Virus genome (UHGV): UHGV-0209071
Length of the DNA stretch: 53,823 nt
Strand: one strand, 5' to 3'
DNA from: a virus
The position numbers and the translations under genes are program-made. Shown here in pieces: positions 9,537 to 17,804 of this stretch (position 1 is its first letter; each line of letters opens with the position of its first letter). Below the pieces are notes generated by a model. It saw only the letters and a program-made list of their open reading frames with translations, made no database searches and was not told the DNA's origin.

Positions 9537-9843
9537 CCCCAGTAGTTCCTCGACCTGATTGATTACTTCCGTGGCGTCTATTTCGAGTTCAATAGGCGCC
9601 ACCTTTACCTTACTCATCTCACCCTCATTGCCTTGTCGCCGGCCAGCGGAACGTTTATCGGAGCAACGCAGCGCGTTGTTGATGTGATGAGTTTAATCAT
9701 TGCTAAACTATTCTGTAAAGTAAAAAGTAAACTTTTGTGCGTAAAAAATTGAAGCCTTCAGATCCTGAGGCCCAAATGAAGGAAGTGGTTGTGAAAGAAC
9801 CAAAGCCCGCCTTTGATGAGATTTGGTTTGGGAGGCGTGAGCG

Positions 9844-10200
9844 TTAACTGCGTGAAGCCAGTAACTCTTTGAAAAGTTCGTTGAATTTATTGAACTTAGA
9901 TTCAAATTCAATTAGCGCTTCTTTCTTTGCGGAGTCAGGGAATCCACGAAAAAAAGTAATGAGCTTAAGTTCTTCTTCACTCAACACAAGACTTGGCGGT
10001 GTGCTTTGGGAGTCAGAGGTGTCTGAGTCAAGGAAGCCTGAGGGCATTCCGTAATCTCTTTCTAACCTTCTTGCCGCTCTTTCGCCAAAGGAACTGCGGC
10101 CATTTATCAATTGAGATAAATAGCTTTTCTCTTTCTCTGGAAGCGACTTTTCTGAGAACCATTCCTTAAGTCGCCTGCGTCTAATTTCCTGTGTCGTCAT
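9844..10200 (-). CDS. XRE-family HTH repressor without peptidase domain (RacR-like prophage repressor)
   Basis: HTH segment EKSYLSQLINGRSSFGERAARRLERDYGMPSGFLD. Divergent from ydaS/ydaT-like genes exactly as racR in Rac. Start ambiguous (ATG at 10209 or 10200; the track's longest form starts with TTG at 10236). Confidence 0.65.
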   Translation of the reverse strand: MTTQEIRRRRLKEWFSEKSLPEKEKSYLSQLINGRSSFGERAARRLERDYGMPSGFLDSDTSDSQSTPPSLVLSEEELKLITFFRGFPDSAKKEALIEFESKFNKFNELFKELLASRS

Positions 10201-10296
10201 AGAAAGCATTTTGATTAGTAATTTATAAACAAGCAAATACTTGACGTTTTGGTTTAGTATTTTATAAACTCACCGTAATCACATGAGGGAGCCACT
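10201..10296. promoter_or_regulatory. divergent promoter/operator region with two copies of operator AGTAWTTTATAAAC (palindromic core TTTATAAA) at 10217-10230 and 10256-10269; rightward promoter TTGACG(10241-10246)/TATAAA(10263-10268)
   Basis: Direct inspection: duplicated 14-mer with perfect 8-bp palindrome, sigma70-like hexamers overlapping operator 2, GAGGGA RBS before the ydaS-like ATG. Confidence 0.55.
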
Positions 10297-10560
10297 ATGC
10301 AACTTAAAGATTATCTAAACATGAAACGAGGCAGCTCCAAGGCCTTGGCTACAAAGCTCGAGGTATCGACTTCTTATCTTTCACAAATGGCATCTGGGAT
10401 TGCTGCCATATCCCCATCTCGCGCCATACAAATAGAACAGCTTACGGAAGGCGCTGTTACCAGAGCAGATTGTTTCCCAGATGATTGGGAAACAATCTGG
10501 CCTGAGTTTATACCTCCTACAACTCCCCTAACTAACAGCTCCGAGCTTAATGGGGATTAA
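10297..10560 (+). CDS. Cro/YdaS-like HTH protein (87 aa)
   Basis: Small HTH protein (KALATKLEVSTSYLSQMASG) as first rightward gene after the repressor, as ydaS in Rac. Confidence 0.65.
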   Translation: MQLKDYLNMKRGSSKALATKLEVSTSYLSQMASGIAAISPSRAIQIEQLTEGAVTRADCFPDDWETIWPEFIPPTTPLTNSSELNGD

Positions 10561-10562
10561 CC

Positions 10563-11099
10563 ATGCAAACACTTCCCTTTCAACAAAATACCGGATTCAA
10601 CACCGGCGCTCTGATAAAGCGAAATCAGCTGAGAGAGTCAGATCACGACGGTATTCGCTCTGCCGTTCGCGCCTGGGCAGCAGCTGAAGGGCAGGACGTT
10701 GTCTCGGCATACATCATCGATGAGTGGCGACAGCAGGGCGGCGAGGAGATCGCGTTTCCTGATGACATCAGCCGAGCCAGACAAAAGCTTTTTCGCTACC
10801 TGGACAACCCGGCCGAGTCTGAACGTTATCGCGAGTACGTTCGCCTTCTTACCCCGGCAATCATGACCGTTCTTCCGCTGGAGTTTCGCCATCGCCTGAT
10901 GCCCGAAGACAATTTTATGTCCCGTCTGGCTCGTCTGGAAAAAGAAACCAGCGAAGCAAAGATTGCCGTTGCTGTGGGGGCTCCACGCCATCAGAAGCTG
11001 AAAGAACTGAGCGAGGGAATTGTCGAGATGTTCCGGATAGACCCTGAGTTAACGGCGCCGCTGATGGCCATTGTCACTTCAATGCTAGGAGTGACGTGA
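10563..11099 (+). CDS. YdaT-like protein (putative toxin/regulatory domain protein, 178 aa)
   Basis: Follows ydaS-like gene with 2-nt spacing; size and position match Rac ydaT. Confidence 0.55.
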   Translation: MQTLPFQQNTGFNTGALIKRNQLRESDHDGIRSAVRAWAAAEGQDVVSAYIIDEWRQQGGEEIAFPDDISRARQKLFRYLDNPAESERYREYVRLLTPAIMTVLPLEFRHRLMPEDNFMSRLARLEKETSEAKIAVAVGAPRHQKLKELSEGIVEMFRIDPELTAPLMAIVTSMLGVT

Positions 11100-11227
11100 T
11101 GCTGGAACTCAGAAAGGTGAAAGCCGCGGTGCTGCAACACCTACGGCTTTCGTTGCGAATTAACTGGATCAATTCACAGGGGAAATTATGAACACTCACC
11201 AACTGAATATCAATAACGGGGGCGCCC

Positions 11228-12022
11228 ATGGCTAAAAATTCTATCGACGCATACGGCGCCAGCGGCAAAAGCAATGTTCTTTTTTTCGAACCGGAAAGTT
11301 TGCATCTGGTTACCGATACAACACACCCGCTGTACGACGAACGAGTACACCTACCGCTTAATGAAGCTGTGATCCTCAACATCATGGAGCTTGGGGTACT
11401 CGAACCGATTATCGTGTGGAAGGACCCAGAGACAGGGAAAACCTGCGTGGTTTCAGGTCGGCAGCGCGTAAAGAACGCTATGGAAGCAAACGCCAGGAGA
11501 AAGCGGGCAGGGCTGGAACCCTGGCCGGTACCCGGTATAGCTAAGCGCGGCTCGGCAATTCAAATGGCCAAATACATGGTCAGCGAAAACGAGATCACGC
11601 AACCAGATACCCCACTGGGCCGGGCAAAAAAAATGGTTCAGCAGATGGAATACGGTCATGACGAAAATGACATTGCCCTGCTTTTTGGCTGCAGCGTAAA
11701 AACGGTCCAGGCAACCGTGGCTCTACTGGATGCTACGCAGGCCGTCCAGGCGGCGGTTGAGGCTGGAAAAGTCACTGTCACTCAAGCGCGTCAGCTGGTC
11801 GATATGCCACCGGAAAAGCAGCGGGAAACGGTCAAACAGTTAGAGGCAGCGGCAGAGGGTGTAACTGGCCACGAGAAAGCTCGCCGTCAGCGCGCTGTCC
11901 TTGGCGACACAAAGCCGCGTCTCAAATCCCGTAAGGAAATCACCCAGCAACTTCAAACCGCCAGTGGCGAATACGCTGAGGCTTTGCGGTGGGTGCTTGG
12001 TGATGAAAACACACCAGTTTAA
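11228..12022 (+). CDS. ParB/Srx-fold N-terminal domain nuclease-like protein
   Basis: 264 aa; ParB-N-like motif region (IIVWKDPETGKTCVVSGRQRV), common upstream of replication genes in Klebsiella/Salmonella lambdoid prophages. Confidence 0.6.
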   Translation: MAKNSIDAYGASGKSNVLFFEPESLHLVTDTTHPLYDERVHLPLNEAVILNIMELGVLEPIIVWKDPETGKTCVVSGRQRVKNAMEANARRKRAGLEPWPVPGIAKRGSAIQMAKYMVSENEITQPDTPLGRAKKMVQQMEYGHDENDIALLFGCSVKTVQATVALLDATQAVQAAVEAGKVTVTQARQLVDMPPEKQRETVKQLEAAAEGVTGHEKARRQRAVLGDTKPRLKSRKEITQQLQTASGEYAEALRWVLGDENTPV

Positions 12023-12039
12023 GCAACAACGGGGTCTCT

Positions 12040-12927
12040 ATGCGTGATTACGGCAAGGTGCATACATCATTTTGGATAAGCGATGGAATGCGCCGGGTAT
12101 CGGATGACGCCAGGTTGCTGGCGCTGTACCTGCTCACCGGGCAACACACAAACATGATCGGGTGTTTCCGACTGCCTGATGGATACGTTTCGGAAGACCT
12201 TGCCTGGACTCCTGAAAGGGTTTCGAAAGGGTTTGATGAGCTATCGGCTAACGGTTTCGCAACGCGTGATTCGTCATCGAAATGGGTGCTAATTCGTAAC
12301 TTTCTGACCTGGAATTCAGTTGAAAACCCAAACCAGGGAATTGCAGCACTTCGTTTGTTTGATCAGGTCCCGGACAAATCTACGGTGAAGCCAGAGCTGG
12401 CGCGGGTTTTAGCCTCGGCAATATCCCACATTGGTATCGCAAAACTAAAGGGTTCCGAAAGGGTTCTCGAACCGTTCCTTAACCAGGAACAGGATCAGGA
12501 GCAGGAACAGGATCAGGAGGAAGATAGTTCGGGGCATGGCTCCGCCACACCCCCTGACGATCAGAACCAGGACGAAGGCGATAAACCTGAACCTCAAAAA
12601 ATATACCCGAATGAGTTCGAGCAGGTCTGGTCGGTTTATCCCAGGCGGGCAGGGGGTAACAGCAAATCCGATGCCTTCAAAGCCTGGAATGCCCGAATCA
12701 GGGATGGAACCACTACGGCGGAAATCCTCGCAGGTGTGGAGCGTTACGCGGCTTTCGTAAAAGCCGAGGGAATCCTGAACACGCAGTACGTGAAACAGGC
12801 GAAAACGTTTTTTGGTCCCGGTATGCATTTCAGCGAACCGTGGGCGATTCAGCAGGCGCCAGGAACTCGAGATCCCAATCAGATTTCGGAACCTGACAAA
12901 ACCATCCCAGCGGGATTCAGGGGGTAG
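12040..12927 (+). CDS. YdaU-like replisome organiser (DUF1376)
   Basis: 295 aa with acidic EQDQEQEQDQEE linker and C-terminal DUF1376-like region; immediately precedes DnaC-like gene as ydaU-ydaV in Rac. Confidence 0.6.
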   Translation: MRDYGKVHTSFWISDGMRRVSDDARLLALYLLTGQHTNMIGCFRLPDGYVSEDLAWTPERVSKGFDELSANGFATRDSSSKWVLIRNFLTWNSVENPNQGIAALRLFDQVPDKSTVKPELARVLASAISHIGIAKLKGSERVLEPFLNQEQDQEQEQDQEEDSSGHGSATPPDDQNQDEGDKPEPQKIYPNEFEQVWSVYPRRAGGNSKSDAFKAWNARIRDGTTTAEILAGVERYAAFVKAEGILNTQYVKQAKTFFGPGMHFSEPWAIQQAPGTRDPNQISEPDKTIPAGFRG

Positions 12928-12929
12928 CG

Positions 12930-13679
12930 ATGAAAAAATTTGTTCGTACCGGGAATGCACTGGAGCGATTTAAAAAACTCATTCCCCCTGGCGTTCAGCC
13001 TAAATTCGGCAGCGTTGATGAATGGCGTGCCTGGCAAGCCGAAGAAGGCCGTAAGCGCTGTGAGGAACTGGAAAAACAAAACCAGCGCGCACGTGCAGAG
13101 AAAATCTTTGGACGTGCAGGAATTCAGGATCTGCACCGCGGCTGCACATTCGCGAACTATCAGGTTGAGTCGGATGGCCAGCGTCGGGCGCTCTCGATGG
13201 CGAAAAGTTATGCGCAGCATTTCGGCTCTGGGTTTGCGAGTTTCGTATTCAGCGGAGCACCGGGCACCGGGAAAAACCATCTGGCGGCAGCAATCGGAAA
13301 TCACCTGCTGGCTGGTGGCCGCTCTGTGCTGGTGGTAACCATTCCGGATCTCATGCTGCGTGTTCGGGAATGTTATGACGGCGGGCAGTCAGAGGCGTCC
13401 TTGCTGGACGATTTGTGCCATGTGGACCTGCTTATTCTGGATGAGGTGGGTATTCAGCGCGGAAGCAGCGGTGAAAAAGTCATCCTGAATCAGGTTATCG
13501 ATCGCCGGCTGTCCTCCATGCGACCTGTCGGCATCCTAACCAACCTGAACTATGAATCGCTGAAGGAAACACTGGGTATGCGGATCCTTGACCGTCTCCA
13601 GATGGACGGCGGTATGTGGGTGAATTTTGAATGGGACAGCTATCGCAAAAACGTGCGCCATTTGCGTGTCGTTAAGTGA
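12930..13679 (+). CDS. DnaC/IstB-like AAA+ helicase loader (YdaV-like)
   Basis: Walker A GAPGTGKNHLAAAIG, Walker B LLILDEVG; 249 aa. Confidence 0.85.
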   Translation: MKKFVRTGNALERFKKLIPPGVQPKFGSVDEWRAWQAEEGRKRCEELEKQNQRARAEKIFGRAGIQDLHRGCTFANYQVESDGQRRALSMAKSYAQHFGSGFASFVFSGAPGTGKNHLAAAIGNHLLAGGRSVLVVTIPDLMLRVRECYDGGQSEASLLDDLCHVDLLILDEVGIQRGSSGEKVILNQVIDRRLSSMRPVGILTNLNYESLKETLGMRILDRLQMDGGMWVNFEWDSYRKNVRHLRVVK

Positions 13680-13686
13680 GGTATGT

Positions 13687-14055
13687 ATGGCTAGAGCATT
13701 GTCAGCGGTTGAGCGCAGAGAGTACGTCCGCGCAGTGATTCGGATCACCAGACATCAGGGGCGACTCACGACCGCCGAGACAATGAAAAAACTGGTGCTG
13801 AGCCGCGCTACTGTCCAGCGGTATTTTTCCGAAGCAGAAGCGACTGGCGAGGTTATCCGGCATGGTCGTTTGGGGCTTTTCCGCGATCAGCGGGCCGTCA
13901 TCGACTTTGACATGAAGCGCTTTGGCCTGGTGCCGAAAGTTGCTGTTGGGATGAATTACAGCCTGCTTGGTTGCCCCGTATTCCAGCGTTTCCTCGATAT
14001 TCAGGAAGTCATTTTTACCTGTACGCCTGCATCGTCATCCCGGGAGGCCGTATGA
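13687..14055 (+). CDS. hypothetical phage protein (122 aa; start MARAL)
   Basis: TGAGGT RBS 5 nt upstream of ATG 13687; longer ORF form would overlap dnaC-like gene. Confidence 0.5.
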   Translation: MARALSAVERREYVRAVIRITRHQGRLTTAETMKKLVLSRATVQRYFSEAEATGEVIRHGRLGLFRDQRAVIDFDMKRFGLVPKVAVGMNYSLLGCPVFQRFLDIQEVIFTCTPASSSREAV

Positions 14056-14255
14056 CAATCGTAAAAACCCATACCGGCACCGTGATCACCAAAGACGGTC
14101 TGCAGGTAAAAAAACTGCACCAGACAGAGCGAATGTGGGTCGTCGGCAAAAATGAGTTTTACCACAAAGAAACCGGGCGCCGTCACTTTGCAGAAAATAC
14201 GCGCCGCCGACTGCTGCTCGACACCATCAAGCCTATCGGGGTGAAGCATGTTTAA
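14052..14255 (+). CDS. hypothetical phage protein (67 aa; start MTIVKTH)
   Basis: GGGAGG RBS, ATG overlaps previous stop. Confidence 0.45.
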   Translation: MTIVKTHTGTVITKDGLQVKKLHQTERMWVVGKNEFYHKETGRRHFAENTRRRLLLDTIKPIGVKHV

Positions 14256-14484
14256 ACAGAACGAAAAATGTATCGCTCAAATTGCTGAGTATATCCCGCG
14301 CGCCTGCCGGGGTATGCAGCTGCAGGAGGCCAAAGCGCGCCTGGAGAAAAAAATTGCGCTCTATATCGATGACAGCTGTGATGCTGCCGTTCTTAATGCG
14401 GCCTTTGCGCCAGCTCTTAACAGCCATACGAGGGAGTCTTTTTTTTCGTGCATCGCAGCGCAGCTGCATGAGGGGGCCAAATGA
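14248..14484 (+). CDS. hypothetical phage protein (78 aa)
   Basis: ATG overlaps previous stop; co-directional. Confidence 0.45.
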   Translation: MFKQNEKCIAQIAEYIPRACRGMQLQEAKARLEKKIALYIDDSCDAAVLNAAFAPALNSHTRESFFSCIAAQLHEGAK

Positions 14485-14529
14485 ACAACTCACTGCTTAT
14501 TTTATGTATCAAAGATACCGAGGGATAAT

Positions 14530-14575
14530 GAACTGTAGGTGAGATGTAACCGGCCCGTCAGAACTGGCGGGCCGG
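14530..14575. promoter_or_regulatory. 18-bp perfect inverted repeat (TGAGATGTAACCGGCCCG / CGGGCCGGTTACATCTCA) with 10-nt loop, no U-tract
   Basis: Read directly; lies at the junction between phage-GC DNA and the low-GC cassette. Confidence 0.6.
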
Positions 14576-14731
14576 TTACATCTCATGCAGTTGCTTGACG
14601 CCATTACACAAAGCGTGTTGGCGTGGCGGGGATACGAGCGCGCGCGACCGCGATATATTGTGTGGAGAACCCAATTGTTGTAATGTAGCAGCAAAATTAT
14701 CCAACTGACTGATAAAGCAGGTAAATGAATA

Positions 14732-15781
14732 ATGGCAATAAATAAACTTAGTTATCAGTGTCTAGAAACAGTTTTTGGTGATATTCCTGCATTTACTTTC
14801 TCTATGAAGGTAAAAGAATTGATCCCCATGTATTACGTTGCTGTTCGAGGGCGAGATAATGAGGAAGGAGCCGTTCAGCGTGTACTTAATAGTAGAAGAA
14901 TAACAAGTATTAAAAAATATGTTCTTGATGGTAATATATTCTTTAGTTCATTTATTTTGAACTGGACGAATGCAGATAAAAAGATTGTAGTTAAAGATGG
15001 TATCATTTCTTTTGATTTTATTCCTGCATCTATTCAGGTTATTGATGGTCAGCATCGATTAGCTGGTTTAGAAGAAGCTATGGAGGAAGATCCTAAAGTT
15101 GGTGAAATGGACATATTAGTTACTTTATGTGAATCATTAACAACGCCACAAGCAGCAAAAATTTTCTTAAATATCAATACAGAACAAAAACCAGTACCTA
15201 AGAGCTTAATTTACGATCTTTTTGGTGAACTCGAAGACGATGAAACGCATGCGATAAATCGTATAACTGACATTGCTCGTGAGCTAAATGATTTAGAGAC
15301 ATCTCCGTTTTATAAGTTAATAAAGTTTCCGGGGTCACCTCGTGGTGTTGGTAATATCGAGTTATCTACTATTGTTCAATCCTTAAAAGAGCATGTTAAG
15401 CCAGCGGGAACATTTGCGAAATATAATATTAGGACATATGATAATCAACGCAATTTGATCATAAACTTCTTCAATGGCATCAAATACTATTACGACAAAG
15501 AAAATATTTGGAATAGCAAAGCTAAGAATCCATTTGTAAAAGCCGCTGGCTTTGCGGGTGCTGTGGATTTCTTGACTGAAAAACTACTTTCACAATGCGT
15601 TGAAAGGAAATCATTTACTGTTGATACAATAAAGTCAATTATTTCGCTAGAGAAATCGACACTTATTACCTGGGATGAATTAAAGAATCATGATGGTAAA
15701 ACAGCAAGGAAAAGAGTGAAGGAATTGCTGGAAGAAAACGTACTGTCATCACTACCGTCTCAGGATGAATATGAATTTTAA
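14732..15781 (+). CDS. DGQHR-domain protein (DndB-like, ParB/Srx-fold) - first gene of low-GC cargo cassette
   Basis: 349 aa; exact motif IDGQHRLAGL (DGQHR) at the position expected for DndB/DGQHR family; strongly AT-rich codon usage versus surrounding prophage. Confidence 0.7.
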   Translation: MAINKLSYQCLETVFGDIPAFTFSMKVKELIPMYYVAVRGRDNEEGAVQRVLNSRRITSIKKYVLDGNIFFSSFILNWTNADKKIVVKDGIISFDFIPASIQVIDGQHRLAGLEEAMEEDPKVGEMDILVTLCESLTTPQAAKIFLNINTEQKPVPKSLIYDLFGELEDDETHAINRITDIARELNDLETSPFYKLIKFPGSPRGVGNIELSTIVQSLKEHVKPAGTFAKYNIRTYDNQRNLIINFFNGIKYYYDKENIWNSKAKNPFVKAAGFAGAVDFLTEKLLSQCVERKSFTVDTIKSIISLEKSTLITWDELKNHDGKTARKRVKELLEENVLSSLPSQDEYEF

Positions 15782-16613
15782 AAGATATCTCTGTCAGGAG
15801 TTTATTGAGGCTGAAGTGGGATGCTCGGATCCCACTCAGTTAGGTCAATATAAAGATAGAATTGATTCGATTCAGTTAAGTGCTAGTAAATTGTCAGACT
15901 TGAAAAATGCTATAAGGACTGACTCGACAGATGTTTTTTACAAAGCATCTGTAAGTTTTTTGGAGTCACTATACAGCCTTAGAAGGGGGCATTCATCATG
16001 GGCCATAATTAAATTATATTATTCCATTTTTTATTCGTTAAGAGCTTTCTTGCTTCTTGAGGGATATTCTATTTTCAAAAATGGAAAAGGGGATATATTT
16101 TTTTTAGAGTGCGTGGAAAATGCTGTACCAATACGTATTTCCACTAATAAAATAAAAGGAGATCACAAAACTACTATTAAGGCCTTTGCTGAGTTATGTA
16201 AATCTCATAAGCTCAATACTAATACAATTGATTCAATTAGTGTTTTTGAGTGGGCTATCCAGTGTAGAGAACTTGTTAATTATAGAAGTTCGTCCTTCAT
16301 TGAGCCTGATTATGGCTATGAAGCAGTGCCAGAAGATTTGAGAGATTTGAATCGCTTGGAAGGACTTTTAGCAAATTATATTAACGACCCATATTATACA
16401 TATTGTTTTCTTGAAGAGCATAGCTTATTAGCAACTGCATCAGTATTAATGAATGAACTGGTTGATATGTTTAGAAATGATGGGGTTGCATTTTTAACTG
16501 ATGAGCGGCATGTTTTTTTAAAAGCTATTATTAAAAAGTCAGGGCTCATGAATATGTCCGTATTGCGAGGGTTGTTTCTTAATGATGCTGACATTTTGAT
16601 TATGGAAGAATAG
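15765..16613 (+). CDS. uncharacterised 282-aa protein, partner of the DGQHR protein (start overlaps upstream gene by 17 nt)
   Basis: ORF in same AT-rich island, overlapping upstream stop (operon); no recognisable catalytic motif. Confidence 0.6.
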   Translation: MNMNFKRYLCQEFIEAEVGCSDPTQLGQYKDRIDSIQLSASKLSDLKNAIRTDSTDVFYKASVSFLESLYSLRRGHSSWAIIKLYYSIFYSLRAFLLLEGYSIFKNGKGDIFFLECVENAVPIRISTNKIKGDHKTTIKAFAELCKSHKLNTNTIDSISVFEWAIQCRELVNYRSSSFIEPDYGYEAVPEDLRDLNRLEGLLANYINDPYYTYCFLEEHSLLATASVLMNELVDMFRNDGVAFLTDERHVFLKAIIKKSGLMNMSVLRGLFLNDADILIMEE

Positions 16614-16620
16614 AGGTGCT

Positions 16621-16660
16621 ATGGCACATTAAGTGCCATAGTTGTATTCTTGATTAAAAG
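16621..16660 (+). terminator. hairpin terminator after cassette (CTATGGCAC-attaa-GTGCCATAG + T-rich tail)
   Basis: 9-bp perfect stem directly after stop of gene 2 followed by TTGTATTCTTGATT. Confidence 0.5.
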
Positions 16661-16665
16661 TTTGG

Positions 16666-17169
16666 TTAACATGAAGTATAAGATTCAAAACTAATAACAT
16701 CCTCGCCTAACCATTCGTTAAGTTCCTTTAATCGTTTTTGCAGTGGAACTAACTCATTGCGTACAAAAACACTGCTGGCCTTTTCAACATCACCAAAACC
16801 TCCTACGTTATTAGGCATAATTCCCATCATCTGTGGTGGCACGCGGTGCGCTGCCATCATATCATCCCGGCTGACGTTCTTGATATTCAGAAATTCATCA
16901 TTCGCCGCGATCTCTGACAGCGGTATTATCTGGATGCCGTCCTTTTTACCACTGGGTGAGTGCATAAACAGGTTACGGAAGTTGCCCGGTATCTTGGCGC
17001 TTTTCATGGCCTGGCGGATATTGTTTACGTCCCCCCAGCTCTGCGCTGCGCCGGTCATGTACATGATAAAACCCGCTTCGGCGGGTTTTTTATTATGGAA
17101 AAACATCAATCTAAACATAAGCATGGTGTTGGCAAAAAGTGCTGCAGAGGGGTTGAACATTTCATGCAA
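16666..17169 (-). pseudogene. 3' fragment of a PBSX/P2 gpQ-family phage portal gene (about 165 codons, no credible N-terminus)
   Basis: Translation contains portal C-terminal signature ...DDMMAAHRVPPQMMGIMPNNVGGFGDVEKASSVFVRNELVPLQKRLKELNEWLG...; the prophage has its own complete portal at 27560-28960, so this is an extra, truncated copy. Confidence 0.6.
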
Positions 17170-17193
17170 CCGGTATACTGTATATTTATACAG
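17152..17193 (+). promoter_or_regulatory. SOS-regulated promoter of dinI: TTGAAC(17152-17157)-16-TATACT(17174-17179) overlapping a perfect LexA box TACTGTATATTTATACAGTA (CTGT-N8-ACAG at 17178-17193)
   Basis: Direct match to LexA consensus CTGT(N8)ACAG with AT-rich centre; 22 nt upstream of dinI ATG with GAGGTG RBS. Confidence 0.8.
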
Positions 17194-17215
17194 TATCTGT
17201 GTGAGGTGCTAACCA

Positions 17216-17448
17216 TGAAAGTTGAAGTCACAATTGATAAACATAAAAAACTCCCTGATGGTGCCATACCTGCGCTTGAGCAAGAATTGCTGCGCCGCTT
17301 GTCCCAGTCTTATGATGACTACAAATTAACCATTCGACGCACAAGCAACGATGGTCTTAGCGTTTTGGGCGGCGCTGATGGCGATAAAAAACGCGTTGAG
17401 CAAATCCTGCAAGAGACGTGGGAAAGCGCGGACGACTGGTTTTACTGA
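17216..17448 (+). CDS. dinI: DinI-family DNA-damage-inducible protein (77 aa)
   Basis: MKVEVTIDK...AIPALEQELLRRL...LSVLGGADGDKKRVEQILQETWESADDWFY closely parallels E. coli DinI. Confidence 0.85.
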
Positions 17449-17525
17449 TTCACCTTTTGGTGGCTGGCATTTCCCAAAGCATCGCAATAAGCGTGTCCCT
17501 TTGATGCTGTCGCCAGACTATATTT

Positions 17526-17747
17526 ATGCGTCTGTATGTCGCTCAGGGGGATGAAGTGGATCTCGATATCGCCGAAGTGGTGGACATTATCAGGCAGGGC
17601 GGGAAGTTTTTAATTTCGAGCGATGGGGGGAAAATAACCGGGCTCGAAAAGGTAAGAAAAAATCAGTTTTTGCTGACGATTGAAGAGTTTAAAGAGCTAG
17701 CTAAAGAAGCTGGCTGCATTGACGAAACCGAGAGTAAGCTGCAATAA
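17526..17747 (+). CDS. hypothetical protein (start uncertain: ATG 17526 or GTG 17558 with AGGGGGA RBS)
   Basis: ORF only; no family recognised. Confidence 0.3.
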   Translation: MRLYVAQGDEVDLDIAEVVDIIRQGGKFLISSDGGKITGLEKVRKNQFLLTIEEFKELAKEAGCIDETESKLQ

Positions 17748-17804
17748 TTTACCTGCCGCCTGAACAACGGCAACGGAGCATCTCAGCGCCACGGAGTGAA
17801 ACCC

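Noticed and set aside
9309-9617. 102-aa minus-strand ORF opposite the zinc-ribbon ORF
   Set aside because: Not fully rejected: it has the better RBS, but its C-terminal half looks like out-of-frame sequence, while the plus-strand ORF has a clean CxxC...CxxC zinc ribbon. Strand left uncertain.
11100-11192. 30-aa ORF between ydaT-like and ParB-like genes
   Set aside because: ATG overlaps ydaT stop but peptide is basic low-complexity with no support; likely chance.
12445-12960. 171-aa minus-strand ORF
   Set aside because: Antisense to the YdaU-like gene in a co-directional plus-strand operon.
16614-16700. Search for P2-type cos (GGCGAGGCGGGGAAAGCAC) next to the portal fragment
   Set aside because: Only a 7-nt partial match (CCTCGCC); no convincing cos site, so P2 origin of the junction remains an inference.
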